DNA of 64,000 nt from Verrucomicrobiota bacterium (lineage in GTDB: Bacteria > Verrucomicrobiota > Verrucomicrobiia > Opitutales > Opitutaceae). The position numbers and the translations under genes were made by a program. The stretch spans positions 14,215-78,214 of the forward strand of contig JBEPTW010000001.1 of assembly GCA_041691855.1 (NCBI GenBank). The letters are read 5' to 3'. Of the stretch, positions 9,355 through 18,836 are shown piece after piece (the first letter of the stretch is position 1; each line of letters starts with the position of its first letter). A model generated the notes under the pieces. It had not been told where the DNA came from. It searched no databases and saw only the letters and a program-made list of their open reading frames with translations.

Positions 9355-9560
9355 GGTGTGATGTGGTTAAAGCTGTTAAAGAAACGAAAGGAAGGGTCAA
9401 AAAAGGCCACCGTCCAACCGCTGGCAAACCAAATCTCCCTAAATTTCCCCGGATAGGCCGTCGCTCGGTACCGAGCGATCAGTCGAGTTGTCGGGAGTCT
9501 GCCTCTTTTCGCACTCCGCTTTGAGCAAAATGCCTTCATTTTCCGATCCGTCGGAAAACG

Positions 9561-11000
9561 TCAAAGCAGCTTGCCCGGCCGATACTCCGCCGCGCCTTTC
9601 TGCTTCTTACCGAGGGGCTGAACCGCCGTCACAAACGCGTCCACTTGGTGGGGCGCCGCGCCGACAAATCGTTCATTCTGAGCAAGAATCTCCTGTAATT
9701 TCTTTTTCCCGAGGCCCACGCGTTTGTCGCCCGCCAGACGGCCGAGCAGGTCGGCGTTCCCGCCCGAACGCAGCGCCTTCGCGGCGGCCAAGGCGTGCTC
9801 TTTGATGGCTTCGTGCGCCGTTTCGCGACCCGCGCCGGTTTTTACGGCCTCCATCAAGATCGTCGTCGTCGCGAGGAAGGGGAGGTTGCGCTCATTTTCT
9901 GCCGCAATGGCCGCAGGGAAAACGTCCATCTGCCGCAATACGGTCAGGAACGTTTCCAACAACCCGTCGATCGCGAAAAACGCATCGGGCAACGCCACGC
10001 GTCGCACCACCGAACACGACACATCGCCTTCGTTCCATTGATGCCCGGCCAGCGCCGCCGTCATCGTCACATAACCGGAAAGAATCGTGGAAAACCCACA
10101 GATGCGTTCGCAGTTCCGCGCATTGACCTTGTGCGGCATCGCCGACGAACCGACCTGACCTTCTTGAAAACCCTCCGTTAGCAACCCCGCGCCTGCCATC
10201 AGTCGCAACGTCACGGCGCAACTCGCCCCCGCCGCGCCCACTTGATGCAGTGCACTCACCACGTCGAAATCCAAGCTGCGCGGATAAACTTGCCCAACCG
10301 CCTCGAGCGACGCCTTAAACCCAAGATGTTTCACAATCCGCGATTCCAACTGATCCACCTTATTGGTGTCGCCACCGAGCAGCGTCAATTGGTCGAGCTG
10401 CGTGCCCACCGCGCCCTTCAGTCCCCGCACTGGATAACGCGCGATCAACTCCGCGAGTCGCTCGTGCGCGATGAGCAATTCCTGCCCAAACATCGCGAGC
10501 CGCTTGCCGAGCGTGGTCGGTTGCGCGGGCACGTTGTGCGTGCGACCGGTGATCATCACGTCGCGATGCGTCGCGGCCTGACGCCCGAGCGCCAACAGCG
10601 CAGCGACGACCTTGAACTTCACCAACTGCAATGACCGGGCGACCTGCAGTTGTTCGACGTTTTCGGTCAAATCGCGGCTGGTTAGTCCGAGGTGAATGAA
10701 TTGCCGCTTGGCCAGATCGGAAAATTCCTCCAGTCGCGCCTTCACGTCGTGCAACGTGACGCGCTCGCGTTCCTTGATGCGCTCGACGTTCACGTCAGCG
10801 CGCACCCGTTCGTAATCCTTGATCGCCTCGGACGGAATCGCGACGCCCAGATCCTTTTGCGCCTTCATCACGGCGATCCAAAAATCGCGCTCCAGCAAAA
10901 TGCGTCCGTGGGCGGACCACAGGTCTTTCATCGTCGACGACGCATAGCGCTCGGCCAGTACATTAGGAATGGATTCGGCTGAAGAAGTAGGGGAAGTCAC
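9561..11000 (-). CDS. purB: Adenylosuccinate lyase
   Basis: IPNVLAERYAS, HLGLTSRD, GRTHNVPAQPTT, fumarate-lyase signature GSSAMPHKVN. Start estimated at GTG 11000. Confidence 0.95.
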   Translation of the reverse strand: MTSPTSSAESIPNVLAERYASSTMKDLWSAHGRILLERDFWIAVMKAQKDLGVAIPSEAIKDYERVRADVNVERIKERERVTLHDVKARLEEFSDLAKRQFIHLGLTSRDLTENVEQLQVARSLQLVKFKVVAALLALGRQAATHRDVMITGRTHNVPAQPTTLGKRLAMFGQELLIAHERLAELIARYPVRGLKGAVGTQLDQLTLLGGDTNKVDQLESRIVKHLGFKASLEAVGQVYPRSLDFDVVSALHQVGAAGASCAVTLRLMAGAGLLTEGFQEGQVGSSAMPHKVNARNCERICGFSTILSGYVTMTAALAGHQWNEGDVSCSVVRRVALPDAFFAIDGLLETFLTVLRQMDVFPAAIAAENERNLPFLATTTILMEAVKTGAGRETAHEAIKEHALAAAKALRSGGNADLLGRLAGDKRVGLGKKKLQEILAQNERFVGAAPHQVDAFVTAVQPLGKKQKGAAEYRPGKLL

Positions 11001-11158
11001 AAAGACAAAACCGTTAGTCCGACCCCACCGCGTTGCCAATGGAAAACCGTGCGATTGTACCGGATCACCTTTTTTTGCAGCTGCGAATCGCCCGCGTTTT
11101 CAAAAACCCGGCTTTTGAGACAGACTCTAATTAAGCCGAATACATGTGGTCGCATCCA

Positions 11159-11229
11159 ACCACAGAAGACTCAGCATACACAGGGTGAACATTTTTCCGA
11201 TTTCTGGGTATGCGGTGTGTTCTGTGATG
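11159..11229. repeat. Inverted pair of 9-bp-period triplet repeats
   Basis: aacacagaa-gactcagca-tacacaggg facing the reverse complement atcacagaa-cacaccgca-tacccagaa. Confidence 0.6.
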
Positions 11230-11260
11230 CGCTCTACTGAATTTTCACGGCTAAGATTCC

Positions 11261-12370
11261 TCACGTCAGACACCGCACCGCCATATCGCGCAGCACCACT
11301 TCCTGTTCATTCGGACGGCGGATGATTTCCTCGAAGGCGCGGACGAATTCCTGCTGGTTGTCGATCAACCGGCGCAATGTCGGTAGTTTCGCCGAACCGA
11401 CCAGTTTGCCAACATACCACTGGTTTTGCGTGAAAATATTATACGCGCTCTTTTCGGTGTCGCCGCCGAAATGCTCCGAATAAGCCGCTTGCGCCTTCGC
11501 CCACGCCGCTTTGTCGAAACCGTACGGACCGGGCGCGCGCAAATCGCCGGCATCGATCAGCACCCGCACCTGCAACAGGATTCGGTTGCGATTCTGGAGT
11601 GCACTGATGATCGGTCGGGCGTCGCCACCGGCAAAAAAATGGCGCTGCAACTCGACCAGCGTGCCGCGCAAATCACCGGCGAAAAAACGTTCGGCGGATG
11701 CGAAAAAATCGCCCTCGGCAAAGTTGGGCGTCAATTCCTCGACGTGCGCTTCCTCGATCACTCCGCCGTCGCCCGCGTAGGTGGCGAGTTTGCGCGTCTC
11801 CTCAGTCAACAAACGCGTATTCGCCCCCACTTTTTGTAACAAGAGTTCCAGGGCGTTGTTGCCAAACGTCGCGTTAAATCCCTTCGCCTCGGCCATCGCC
11901 ACCATCGCCAATCCCTCGCCCGCCGATTCACCGTCGCCGCCGGCCAAGGTGAAATCCGAATTCGCTTCGCACCATTTCGCAAACGCGCGCCGTCGATCCA
12001 CCGGTGCCGCCGTGATCACGATGGTCACTTCGTCCGCTTTTGCTTTTTCCAAAAGATCCTGCAACGCCGCAACCTGCTTGAGCGTCCCCTCGGCCCGCCC
12101 GGTGACGGTATCGGCGAGAAAGTTCATGTCCTTGAGCCACACCACGCGCTTGCCGCCAAACATCGGTACCGTCTGCACCGCATCACGAAAACGATTCACC
12201 GCCGTTTCGACTTCATCGACATTCGCGGCAAAACCGCTGACGACTTCCCGCGAAAAATCATCCGCATTTGCCTCCGCCACGAGCGCGTCGAACCGCTCCT
12301 TGCCCTCCCGATTGACGATGAAGTCATCGGGCCCGCAGATGAAGACGAAGTTTTTGGTCACTGTCGGCAT
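11261..12370 (-). CDS. holA: DNA polymerase III delta subunit
   Basis: FICGPDDF, QTVPMFGGKRVVWLK, LLTEETRKLATY; typical length. ATG at 12370. Confidence 0.85.
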   Translation of the reverse strand: MPTVTKNFVFICGPDDFIVNREGKERFDALVAEANADDFSREVVSGFAANVDEVETAVNRFRDAVQTVPMFGGKRVVWLKDMNFLADTVTGRAEGTLKQVAALQDLLEKAKADEVTIVITAAPVDRRRAFAKWCEANSDFTLAGGDGESAGEGLAMVAMAEAKGFNATFGNNALELLLQKVGANTRLLTEETRKLATYAGDGGVIEEAHVEELTPNFAEGDFFASAERFFAGDLRGTLVELQRHFFAGGDARPIISALQNRNRILLQVRVLIDAGDLRAPGPYGFDKAAWAKAQAAYSEHFGGDTEKSAYNIFTQNQWYVGKLVGSAKLPTLRRLIDNQQEFVRAFEEIIRRPNEQEVVLRDMAVRCLT

Positions 12371-12384
12371 GAGCCGGAATTTGC

Positions 12385-12412
12385 CCACGAAACATACGAA
12401 AGCGCACGAAAA
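12385..12412 (+). repeat. 9-bp-period triplet repeat
   Basis: ccacgaaac-atacgaaag-cgcacgaaa, with acgaa recurring at about 9-10 bp spacing. Confidence 0.5.
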
Positions 12413-12511
12413 TTATTGGCCAAATCAAGCCTCCGCGCGTTTTTCTTTTCGCTGAGCGCACAACACGCCCGGCGTCGCGTTCCGCCAAGCCGTATTCATG
12501 CAATCGGTTTA

Positions 12512-12657
12512 GGCTGTGTCTGGTAAATAAACTATCACCAATCAACTCTGCTCGGGCGCGTAGGGCCGTCGCTTGCGACGTGCCGTTTTTCGCGCGCGAG
12601 GCCGGCGCAAGCACCGGCCCTACAGCAGGCGACGCAAGTTATTTCCCAGACGCGCCC
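12512..12657. mobile_element. 146-bp MITE, copy 1, with an internal GTAG-REP doublet
   Basis: Imperfect 19-bp terminal inverted repeats (ggctgtgtctggtaaataa / ttatttcccagacgcgccc), TA on both flanks, near-identical to 39114-39259. Confidence 0.85.
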
Positions 12658-12685
12658 TAACCACTTCTGGCTTAGTAATTGTTTT

Positions 12686-12752
12686 GTAGCGACAGGCGTC
12701 CCGCCTGTCGGATTGGCTTCCGTCGATCCCACAGGCCGGAGGCCTGTGTTCC
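12686..12752. repeat. GTAG-type REP pair
   Basis: gtagc-gacaggcgtcccgcctgtc ... cacaggccggaggcctgtg; homologous to 17248-17304 and 59243-59311. Confidence 0.75.
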
Positions 12753-12920
12753 TTATTTGCGTCGTCCGATTAACTCGGGCGAGGTAAGGCAGCGATTCGT
12801 TGTCCCATTCAGTCCACCGTTTGGTGAGAGAAAACCAGGTTCGTTTTGCCCGGAACGGCGGCTTCTCGTGTCATTTCGTGTGTTTTATGGACCACTCCGA
12901 TTGCATTGTTCCGGCAACGA

Positions 12921-14225
12921 CTAATTTGCCAACTGGATCGACGCCTTGCGCGATTCCTTCACCACTTCGCGGCGCAACCAATCTATCGCGGCCGTCACCG
13001 CCCGCTCTTTCACCGCGCAACGCGGGCCGGGATAAGTTAGTTTTTTCGACCAGTCGCCACCCGGCGCGTGCATTCCGACAAAAATCGTCCCCACAGGATT
13101 TTCGCCGACTCCGCCCGTCGGTCCCGCGAATCCCGTGATCGCCACGCCAAAATCAGCCCCGAGTTGCTCCGCGACACCCGTCGCCATCGCCACTGCGCAT
13201 TCCGCGCTGACCGCCCCGTGCTGCGAAAGCAAACACTCGGGACAATCGAGCAACAACATCTTCGAATCGTTGCTGTATGAAACGATGCCGCCTTGGAAAA
13301 ATTTCGAAGCACCGCAAACGTCCGTAAATGAATTCGCGAGCAATCCGCCCGTACACGATTCCGCCACCGCTAGCGTCCGGCCCTGCGCGCGAAGCTCGTC
13401 CGCGACGACCTTCACCATGCTGTCGTGGCCAAAACACACGAAATCCTCGTCGAGCAACCCGGCGCACTCATTCGCCAAGCTGCGCAAAACATTCATCGAA
13501 TAGCGCCCATCCGGTGAACTGATCCGGCAATCCACCTGCCCAAGATGCGCGCAAAACGCGATGCCCAGCTCAGGATATCGGTCGAACAACGGCTGAAATT
13601 TCATCTCCAACGCCGACTCGCCCACACCAGCCGTGCGAATCTGAATATAGGCTTCGCTTTCGGAAAGCAGTCCGAGCGCTGCCAGCCGTGGAATCACCTG
13701 CTCCTTGAAAATCGGCCGGAGCTCATTGGGCGGTCCGGGCAGCATGATCAGCACTTTCCCGTCTTGTTGCACCCAAAGTCCCGGCGCCGTGCCGTTCGCG
13801 TTGGCCAGGACTTCGCTGCGCTCAAATTTGTAAGCCTGTTTCAGGTTGTTCGTAGTCGGCTTGCGGTTGGAGCGCGCAAATCGATCGGTGATGGTCTGCT
13901 CGATCGCCGGATCAAAAACCAATTTCTGCCCCAACGCTTTCGCGAGCACCTCACGCGTACGGTCGTCACAGGTCGGCCCAAGTCCGCCCGTGGTAATAAT
14001 CACATCCGCCTTCGCCCAGCTTTCGCGAAATTGTTCGGCGATGGCGAATGCCTCATCCGTGATGGTCACATTCCTCGCCAGCATCACCCCGCGTCGGCCG
14101 AGCTCGGCCCCGATCCACGTCAGATGGCCGTTCGCCGTCAGTCCCAAGAGCAGCTCGTCGCCCAAGGTGAGCAACTCATAACGCGGCGCGACGCGGCGCG
14201 AATTTGACGGTTCAATAGTAGCCAT
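12921..14225 (-). CDS. cinA: Competence/damage-inducible protein CinA (MoCF-like domain plus PncC domain)
   Basis: LGDELLLG, TTGGLGPTCDDRT, MLPGPPNEL, AESCTGG, HGAVSAECA, ITGFAGP. Confidence 0.93.
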   Translation of the reverse strand: MATIEPSNSRRVAPRYELLTLGDELLLGLTANGHLTWIGAELGRRGVMLARNVTITDEAFAIAEQFRESWAKADVIITTGGLGPTCDDRTREVLAKALGQKLVFDPAIEQTITDRFARSNRKPTTNNLKQAYKFERSEVLANANGTAPGLWVQQDGKVLIMLPGPPNELRPIFKEQVIPRLAALGLLSESEAYIQIRTAGVGESALEMKFQPLFDRYPELGIAFCAHLGQVDCRISSPDGRYSMNVLRSLANECAGLLDEDFVCFGHDSMVKVVADELRAQGRTLAVAESCTGGLLANSFTDVCGASKFFQGGIVSYSNDSKMLLLDCPECLLSQHGAVSAECAVAMATGVAEQLGADFGVAITGFAGPTGGVGENPVGTIFVGMHAPGGDWSKKLTYPGPRCAVKERAVTAAIDWLRREVVKESRKASIQLAN

Positions 14226-14386
14226 GCGGTGGGTGTGTGACCGGGGAACTTACCCCGTTTTTTTGAAAATGCCAGCCGGCTGGTGACAATGACGCGCTTT
14301 CTGTCGTTGCGACTAAACCACAAGTGATCAATTCAGCGGTAGGTTCGCTGGCAGTCTCTCCCGCCGACGATTCTCCTGCCCTGATA

Positions 14387-15889
14387 ATGCCTGATCCACG
14401 CCATACCGACGCACTCAAGGAAAAGGTCCGCGCCCTGCCGGACGGCCCCGGCGTGTATTTAATGAAGGATCGTCTCGGCCGCATTATTTATGTCGGCAAG
14501 GCCAAGAGTCTTAAAAAACGCGTTTCCTCCTACTTCCAAGCTGGCCGATCCCGCGCGCTGCACCATCAACCTAAAATCCGGACCTTGATCGAGATGATCG
14601 TCGATCTCGAAATTCTCGAGGTCAAGTCCGAGCCCGAGGCGCTTTTACTGGAAGGAAAACTCATCAAACAGTGGCGGCCAAAGTACAACACCGACTTCAC
14701 CGACGACAAACGCTTCCTGCTGGTCCGGCTGGATCTCGAGGTCGAACTTCCCCGCTTTGTCCTCACGCGTTTCAAAAAAGATACGCGCTCGCGCTACTTC
14801 GGGCCGTTTGCCCATTCCGGATTGTTGCGCAAAACACTCGCGACGATGCGCGCGAAATTCGGCGTGTTGCTCGGCGATTCCTCGCCGAAGAAAATTTCCG
14901 CCGACACTTGGCAACTTTACGACGACGTGCGCTCCGAACTTTATGGTTGGCCCAACACGGTCACGACGGCGGAATACCGCGAGCGCGTCGTGCAAGCCGC
15001 CGATTTCCTCGACGGCAAAAGCCGCGAATGGCTCGCTTCACTCCGGACTGAAATGATGGTGCGCGCCGGCAAACAGGAATTCGAAAAAGCCGCCGAACTT
15101 CGCGACATCGTCCTCGCCCTCGAACGAACACTTTCGCCCACGCGAAAATTCAGCCGCGAAGTCGTACAATTGCAGCCGGATCAAACGGCGTTGGTCGCGC
15201 TCCAAACCGCGCTCAACCTGCCGACGCTGCCGGTGAATCTCGAGTGTTTCGATATTTCGCACATCTCCGGGACGTTCGTCGTCGCGTCGATGGTGCACTT
15301 TACCAACGGCCGGCCCGACAAAAATAATTACCGCCGTTTTTCCATTAAAAGTTTTATTGGCAACGACGATTTTCGCGCGATGGAGGAAGTCGTGGGCCGC
15401 CGCTACCGTCGGCTGCGGGACGAGAAAAAAACATTCCCGGATCTGGTCGTGATCGATGGCGGCCGCGGACAGATCGCCGCCGCGTTAAAAGCATTTGTCG
15501 CTATTGATTGCGCGCCGCCGCCAATGATCGGCCTCGCGAAGAAAATGGAGACGATCATTTTTCCCGACGAGCGTCCGCCGCTCAATCTCCCGCTTAATCA
15601 TCCGGCGTTAAATCTGCTCCAACGCCTCCGCGACGAAGCGCATCGTTTTGCCAACACGTACAACGCCGACCTTCGCTCCCGCAAAATCAAGGAAAGCGTG
15701 CTCGACGATTTTCCCGGTCTCGGCCCCGTGCGCCGTGCCGCGTTGCTCGGCCACTTCGGTTCACTCGAAAAACTCCGCGCCGCCACGGTCAAAGAAATCG
15801 GTGCCGCGCCCGGCTTCGGCCCAAAATTCGCCGCCCAGGTCCACGCCTTTCTCGCCACCAAATCACCGCCAGCAGCAAGCGCCGATTAG
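14387..15889 (+). CDS. uvrC: Excinuclease ABC subunit C
   Basis: GIY-YIG (PGVY..IIYVGKAKSL), UVR motif, DISHISG, DGGRGQ, RDEAHRFA, C-terminal HhH. ATG at 14387. Confidence 0.96.
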   Translation: MPDPRHTDALKEKVRALPDGPGVYLMKDRLGRIIYVGKAKSLKKRVSSYFQAGRSRALHHQPKIRTLIEMIVDLEILEVKSEPEALLLEGKLIKQWRPKYNTDFTDDKRFLLVRLDLEVELPRFVLTRFKKDTRSRYFGPFAHSGLLRKTLATMRAKFGVLLGDSSPKKISADTWQLYDDVRSELYGWPNTVTTAEYRERVVQAADFLDGKSREWLASLRTEMMVRAGKQEFEKAAELRDIVLALERTLSPTRKFSREVVQLQPDQTALVALQTALNLPTLPVNLECFDISHISGTFVVASMVHFTNGRPDKNNYRRFSIKSFIGNDDFRAMEEVVGRRYRRLRDEKKTFPDLVVIDGGRGQIAAALKAFVAIDCAPPPMIGLAKKMETIIFPDERPPLNLPLNHPALNLLQRLRDEAHRFANTYNADLRSRKIKESVLDDFPGLGPVRRAALLGHFGSLEKLRAATVKEIGAAPGFGPKFAAQVHAFLATKSPPAASAD

Positions 15890-15985
15890 GCTGTGTCAGG
15901 TAAATAAACCATCGCCAATCAGCTCTGCTCGGGCGCGTAGGGCCGTCGCTTGCGACGTGCCGTTTTTTGCGCGCGAGGCCGGTGC
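15889..15985. mobile_element. Truncated MITE, copy 2 (left terminal repeat plus first REP)
   Basis: Matches the first ~95 bp of 12512-12657 and begins inside the uvrC TAG stop codon. Confidence 0.8.
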
Positions 15986-16001
15986 CCATTCTGATCTGAT
16001 C

Positions 16002-16054
16002 GTAGGTTGCGTGCTCGTCGCGCAACGGTTGTGGGCGGGGTGCCCTCACCCCGC
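16002..16054 (+). repeat. Two further REP-like hairpins with GTAG/GTGG feet
   Basis: gtag-gttgcg..cgcaac and gtgg-gcggggtg-ccct-caccccgc. Confidence 0.55.
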
Positions 16055-16126
16055 ATCAGTGTCAGAATGGTTTTACCCCAAGGCAGCAAAAGTCACAAAG
16101 GCCGAAGAAACGAACCGACGAAATTA

Positions 16127-16283
16127 AACGCGGAGAACGCGAAGGACGCAGAGACCACGGATTTCACGGATGCGTTAACCCTTCTGCGAATCGCAGACTG
16201 CACCGTTTCCATGCCGCAAGCGCCGGTCAGCTCAGATCTAAATTCCGCGCTCTGACTTCTGTGTATTCGGTGTATTCTGTGGT
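16127..16283. repeat. 9-bp-period arrays in inverted orientation
   Basis: Five in-register units at 16127-16171 (aacgcggag aacgcgaag gacgcagag accacggat ttcacggat); three minus-strand units at 16257-16283 (accacagaa tacaccgaa tacacagaa). Confidence 0.7.
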
Positions 16284-16332
16284 GCCCCTGCTGCATTGTT
16301 CCGGCTATGCTGACCGCGCCTCCGCCCCATCC

Positions 16333-17175
16333 TCACTTCTTCATTCGAAGAACATATTCGATCAACCGATCCGGCATCAGCCATTTCGCGAACAGAAAAA
16401 TCTTGGCGTGAAACGGTCCACTGTAACGCGGCGCAGGATTATCCGACGCGAGCGCCTTTTCGACGAGCCGCGCGATATCGTCCGGCACGCCAGCGACACT
16501 ACGCAGTTTTTGGATGCCGGCGCGAGTTGCCGCCCAAAACGGTTCGTAAGGTCCGACGGTTCCAGTGAATTCCCCGGACGCCTTGTCGGCGGCGGAGATG
16601 AATTCAGTCGCGATAAAACCCGGACGGATAAGCGACACGCGCACGCCAAACGGCTGCATTTCCCCTCGGAGTCCGTCGGTGATCGCCTCGAGTGCGTGCT
16701 TCGTCGAATCGTACACCGAGGAAAGCGGCCGCGCGATCCGGCCGGCCACGGAACCGATGTTCACCACGCAACCGCTGCCTCGCTCGCGCATCGCCGGAAT
16801 CACGAGCTGCGTCAGCGCGATCAGCGAAAAGACATTTGTTTCAAAGTTGCGGCGGATCGCCTCGACCGGCACGAGTTCGAGCGGACCGCGCGTGCCGAAT
16901 CCGGCATTGTTGACGAGTGCATCGATCCGGCCAAATTTCTTCAATGTCTCGGCGACGAGCGCGCGGCGGTCGCTATCGCTGGTGACGTCTCCCACCAGCG
17001 CCAGCACGCTCGCGCCACTGGAGTCGAGTTCGTGCGCGAGTGCGTTCAACTGCTCGGGACGACGCGCCATGATAACAACTTTCGCTCCGGCGTGCACCAA
17101 CCGGCGCGCAATCGCTTCACCGATGCCCGACGAGGCACCAGTGACGATCACGACTTGTCTGGAAAGCGCGGGCAT
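16333..17175 (-). CDS. Short-chain dehydrogenase/reductase
   Basis: TGASSGIG, NNAGFG, catalytic S..YDSTK (YxxxK), PGFIAT. Confidence 0.93.
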   Translation of the reverse strand: MPALSRQVVIVTGASSGIGEAIARRLVHAGAKVVIMARRPEQLNALAHELDSSGASVLALVGDVTSDSDRRALVAETLKKFGRIDALVNNAGFGTRGPLELVPVEAIRRNFETNVFSLIALTQLVIPAMRERGSGCVVNIGSVAGRIARPLSSVYDSTKHALEAITDGLRGEMQPFGVRVSLIRPGFIATEFISAADKASGEFTGTVGPYEPFWAATRAGIQKLRSVAGVPDDIARLVEKALASDNPAPRYSGPFHAKIFLFAKWLMPDRLIEYVLRMKK

Positions 17176-17247
17176 AAGGCGAAGGAAAGTTCAGTCATTC
17201 AGTCGCGGTCGGTCCGATACCCCGCCTTGTCGCCGAACGGCCGAAAA

Positions 17248-17304
17248 GTAGCACAGGCCTCTGGCCTGTGAGGCGGCGGAACACAGGCGGGACGCCCGTG
17301 CCAC
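17248..17304. repeat. GTAG-type REP pair
   Basis: gtagcacaggcctctggcctgtg ... cacaggcgggacgcccgtgccac. Confidence 0.75.
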
Positions 17305-17380
17305 GGAGGACTGAAGAGCGTGACCAATGGGTGCCATGGTTGGCTTGAGTTCAATACCTCGGGGTTTGCGCCGGAATCTC

Positions 17381-17680
17381 TTATTGCGAATCGTAAATCT
17401 GCACGCGCGCCCACAGGTGTTTGCAGTTCGCGACGAACGCCAGATGGATCGGATCGACTTGATAAGCGGCCTCGGCCGCCACGTCGCCACACTCGACGAT
17501 CAACGCCACGTCGTAACTGTGATCGATCACCGGACGCTTCGTCGTGCCAGCCGGAACGCCGATGGAAACTTTGTCGGCGCACGTGATGCCTTTGAGCGTT
17601 TCGACGCCGCGGCGAAATTCGGCGCGTTGGTCGCCGGTGAGTTCAGGTTTCAACCAGAAGTAGACGCAATGATAGAGCAT
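17381..17680 (-). CDS. Dabb family (stress-responsive A/B barrel) protein
   Basis: MLYHCVYFWLK, SYDVALIV, YQVDPIHLAFV, IYD; 99 aa from ATG 17680. Confidence 0.85.
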   Translation of the reverse strand: MLYHCVYFWLKPELTGDQRAEFRRGVETLKGITCADKVSIGVPAGTTKRPVIDHSYDVALIVECGDVAAEAAYQVDPIHLAFVANCKHLWARVQIYDSQ

Positions 17681-17909
17681 GGTGCTCCGGACAAAACACG
17701 CCCGCAGCCGAGAGGCAAACGCCGATTGATTCGCCGCGCAAATGCCTGTTGCCGATCCCGGCACGCAGCGATTAAGTGCCGGCGTTTTCCATGAACCTGC
17801 CACGCCTTTTCGCTCGGAAACAACGGTTTCATCAAAACTGTAGCCGGGGGCGCTGACCCCGGTTCCTATTCCCCAACTTCCCGTCCGCGTTCGTCTGCCC
17901 CACCAAAAA

Positions 17910-18731
17910 ATGCCCCAGCCTCCGCTCACGCTGCTCGTTGACAACGGCTCGCTCCAGCCCGCCGCGACGCTCGTCTTGCGCGACTTGGCGGCAAAACTGG
18001 GCGCACGCATAAAGCAACCGGTCGAAGCCGTCTCGCTCCTGCATTCATCGGGCATCGATCCGAAACTTATCGAAGGTTGTCCGGCGGAAATTCTCTTTCC
18101 CGCCTTGGAGCGACGACTGGCCGACGACCAAAATGAATTCATTCTCGTCCCCCTTTTCTTCGGCCCGAGTCACGCCCTGACCGTGTACGTACCGGAAAAT
18201 ATTGATCGCCTGCGCAAAAAGTTTCCCAGCCTGAAAGTCACGATGGCTCCGCCGCTGCACGCCGCCGACGACACGCGGCTCGCGCAAATCCTCGCCGATC
18301 ACGTGAAGATCGAGCTGGAAAAAGCGTCAGGTGTTCCGGCCCGAGTCGCCCTCGTCGATCATGGCAGCCCGGCGAAAAGCGTCACCGATGTCCGTGACGA
18401 ACTCGCCCGACAACTCGCTGCGTTTTTGGGCCCGCGAGCCATCACCGTCGCCGCATGCAGCATGGAGCGACGCCCCGATCCCGCCTACGATTTCTGCGAT
18501 CCGTTGTTGGCAACATTACTGGAAAAATCCCCGTGGTCCGACGGTGGCGTAATCGTCGCGATGCAATTTCTACTCTCCGGCCGCCACGCCGGCCCCGCTG
18601 GCGACGTCGCAAAAATCTGCCTCGCCGCCGAAAACGCTCATCCGGGTCTGCGCACGACAATGACTAAGCTCGTGGCCGAACACCCGTTACTTATCGATAT
18701 CCTGACCGACCGCTGGCGTGGCGCGCGGTGA
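17910..18731 (+). CDS. CbiX/SirB-type sirohydrochlorin chelatase, two-domain
   Basis: DNGS and DHGS repeats, PLFFGPSHAL, FLLSGRHAG. Confidence 0.75.
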   Translation: MPQPPLTLLVDNGSLQPAATLVLRDLAAKLGARIKQPVEAVSLLHSSGIDPKLIEGCPAEILFPALERRLADDQNEFILVPLFFGPSHALTVYVPENIDRLRKKFPSLKVTMAPPLHAADDTRLAQILADHVKIELEKASGVPARVALVDHGSPAKSVTDVRDELARQLAAFLGPRAITVAACSMERRPDPAYDFCDPLLATLLEKSPWSDGGVIVAMQFLLSGRHAGPAGDVAKICLAAENAHPGLRTTMTKLVAEHPLLIDILTDRWRGAR

Positions 18732-18836
18732 CGAACAATTCACTAATAGTAGCACCTAGCGGCCCGACCCTATCAGATTGTCGTCCTTCAACGATTTGGG
18801 GCGCGTGATCACGAGGGCGGCGGTTGAATTGCGATT

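Noticed and set aside
14226-14386. Possible LexA box upstream of uvrC/cinA
   Set aside because: No convincing palindrome, including TGTTC-N4-GAACA, was visible.
16127-16283. Tandem short repeats considered as a CRISPR array
   Set aside because: Units are 9 bp with no unique spacers, and there are no cas genes.
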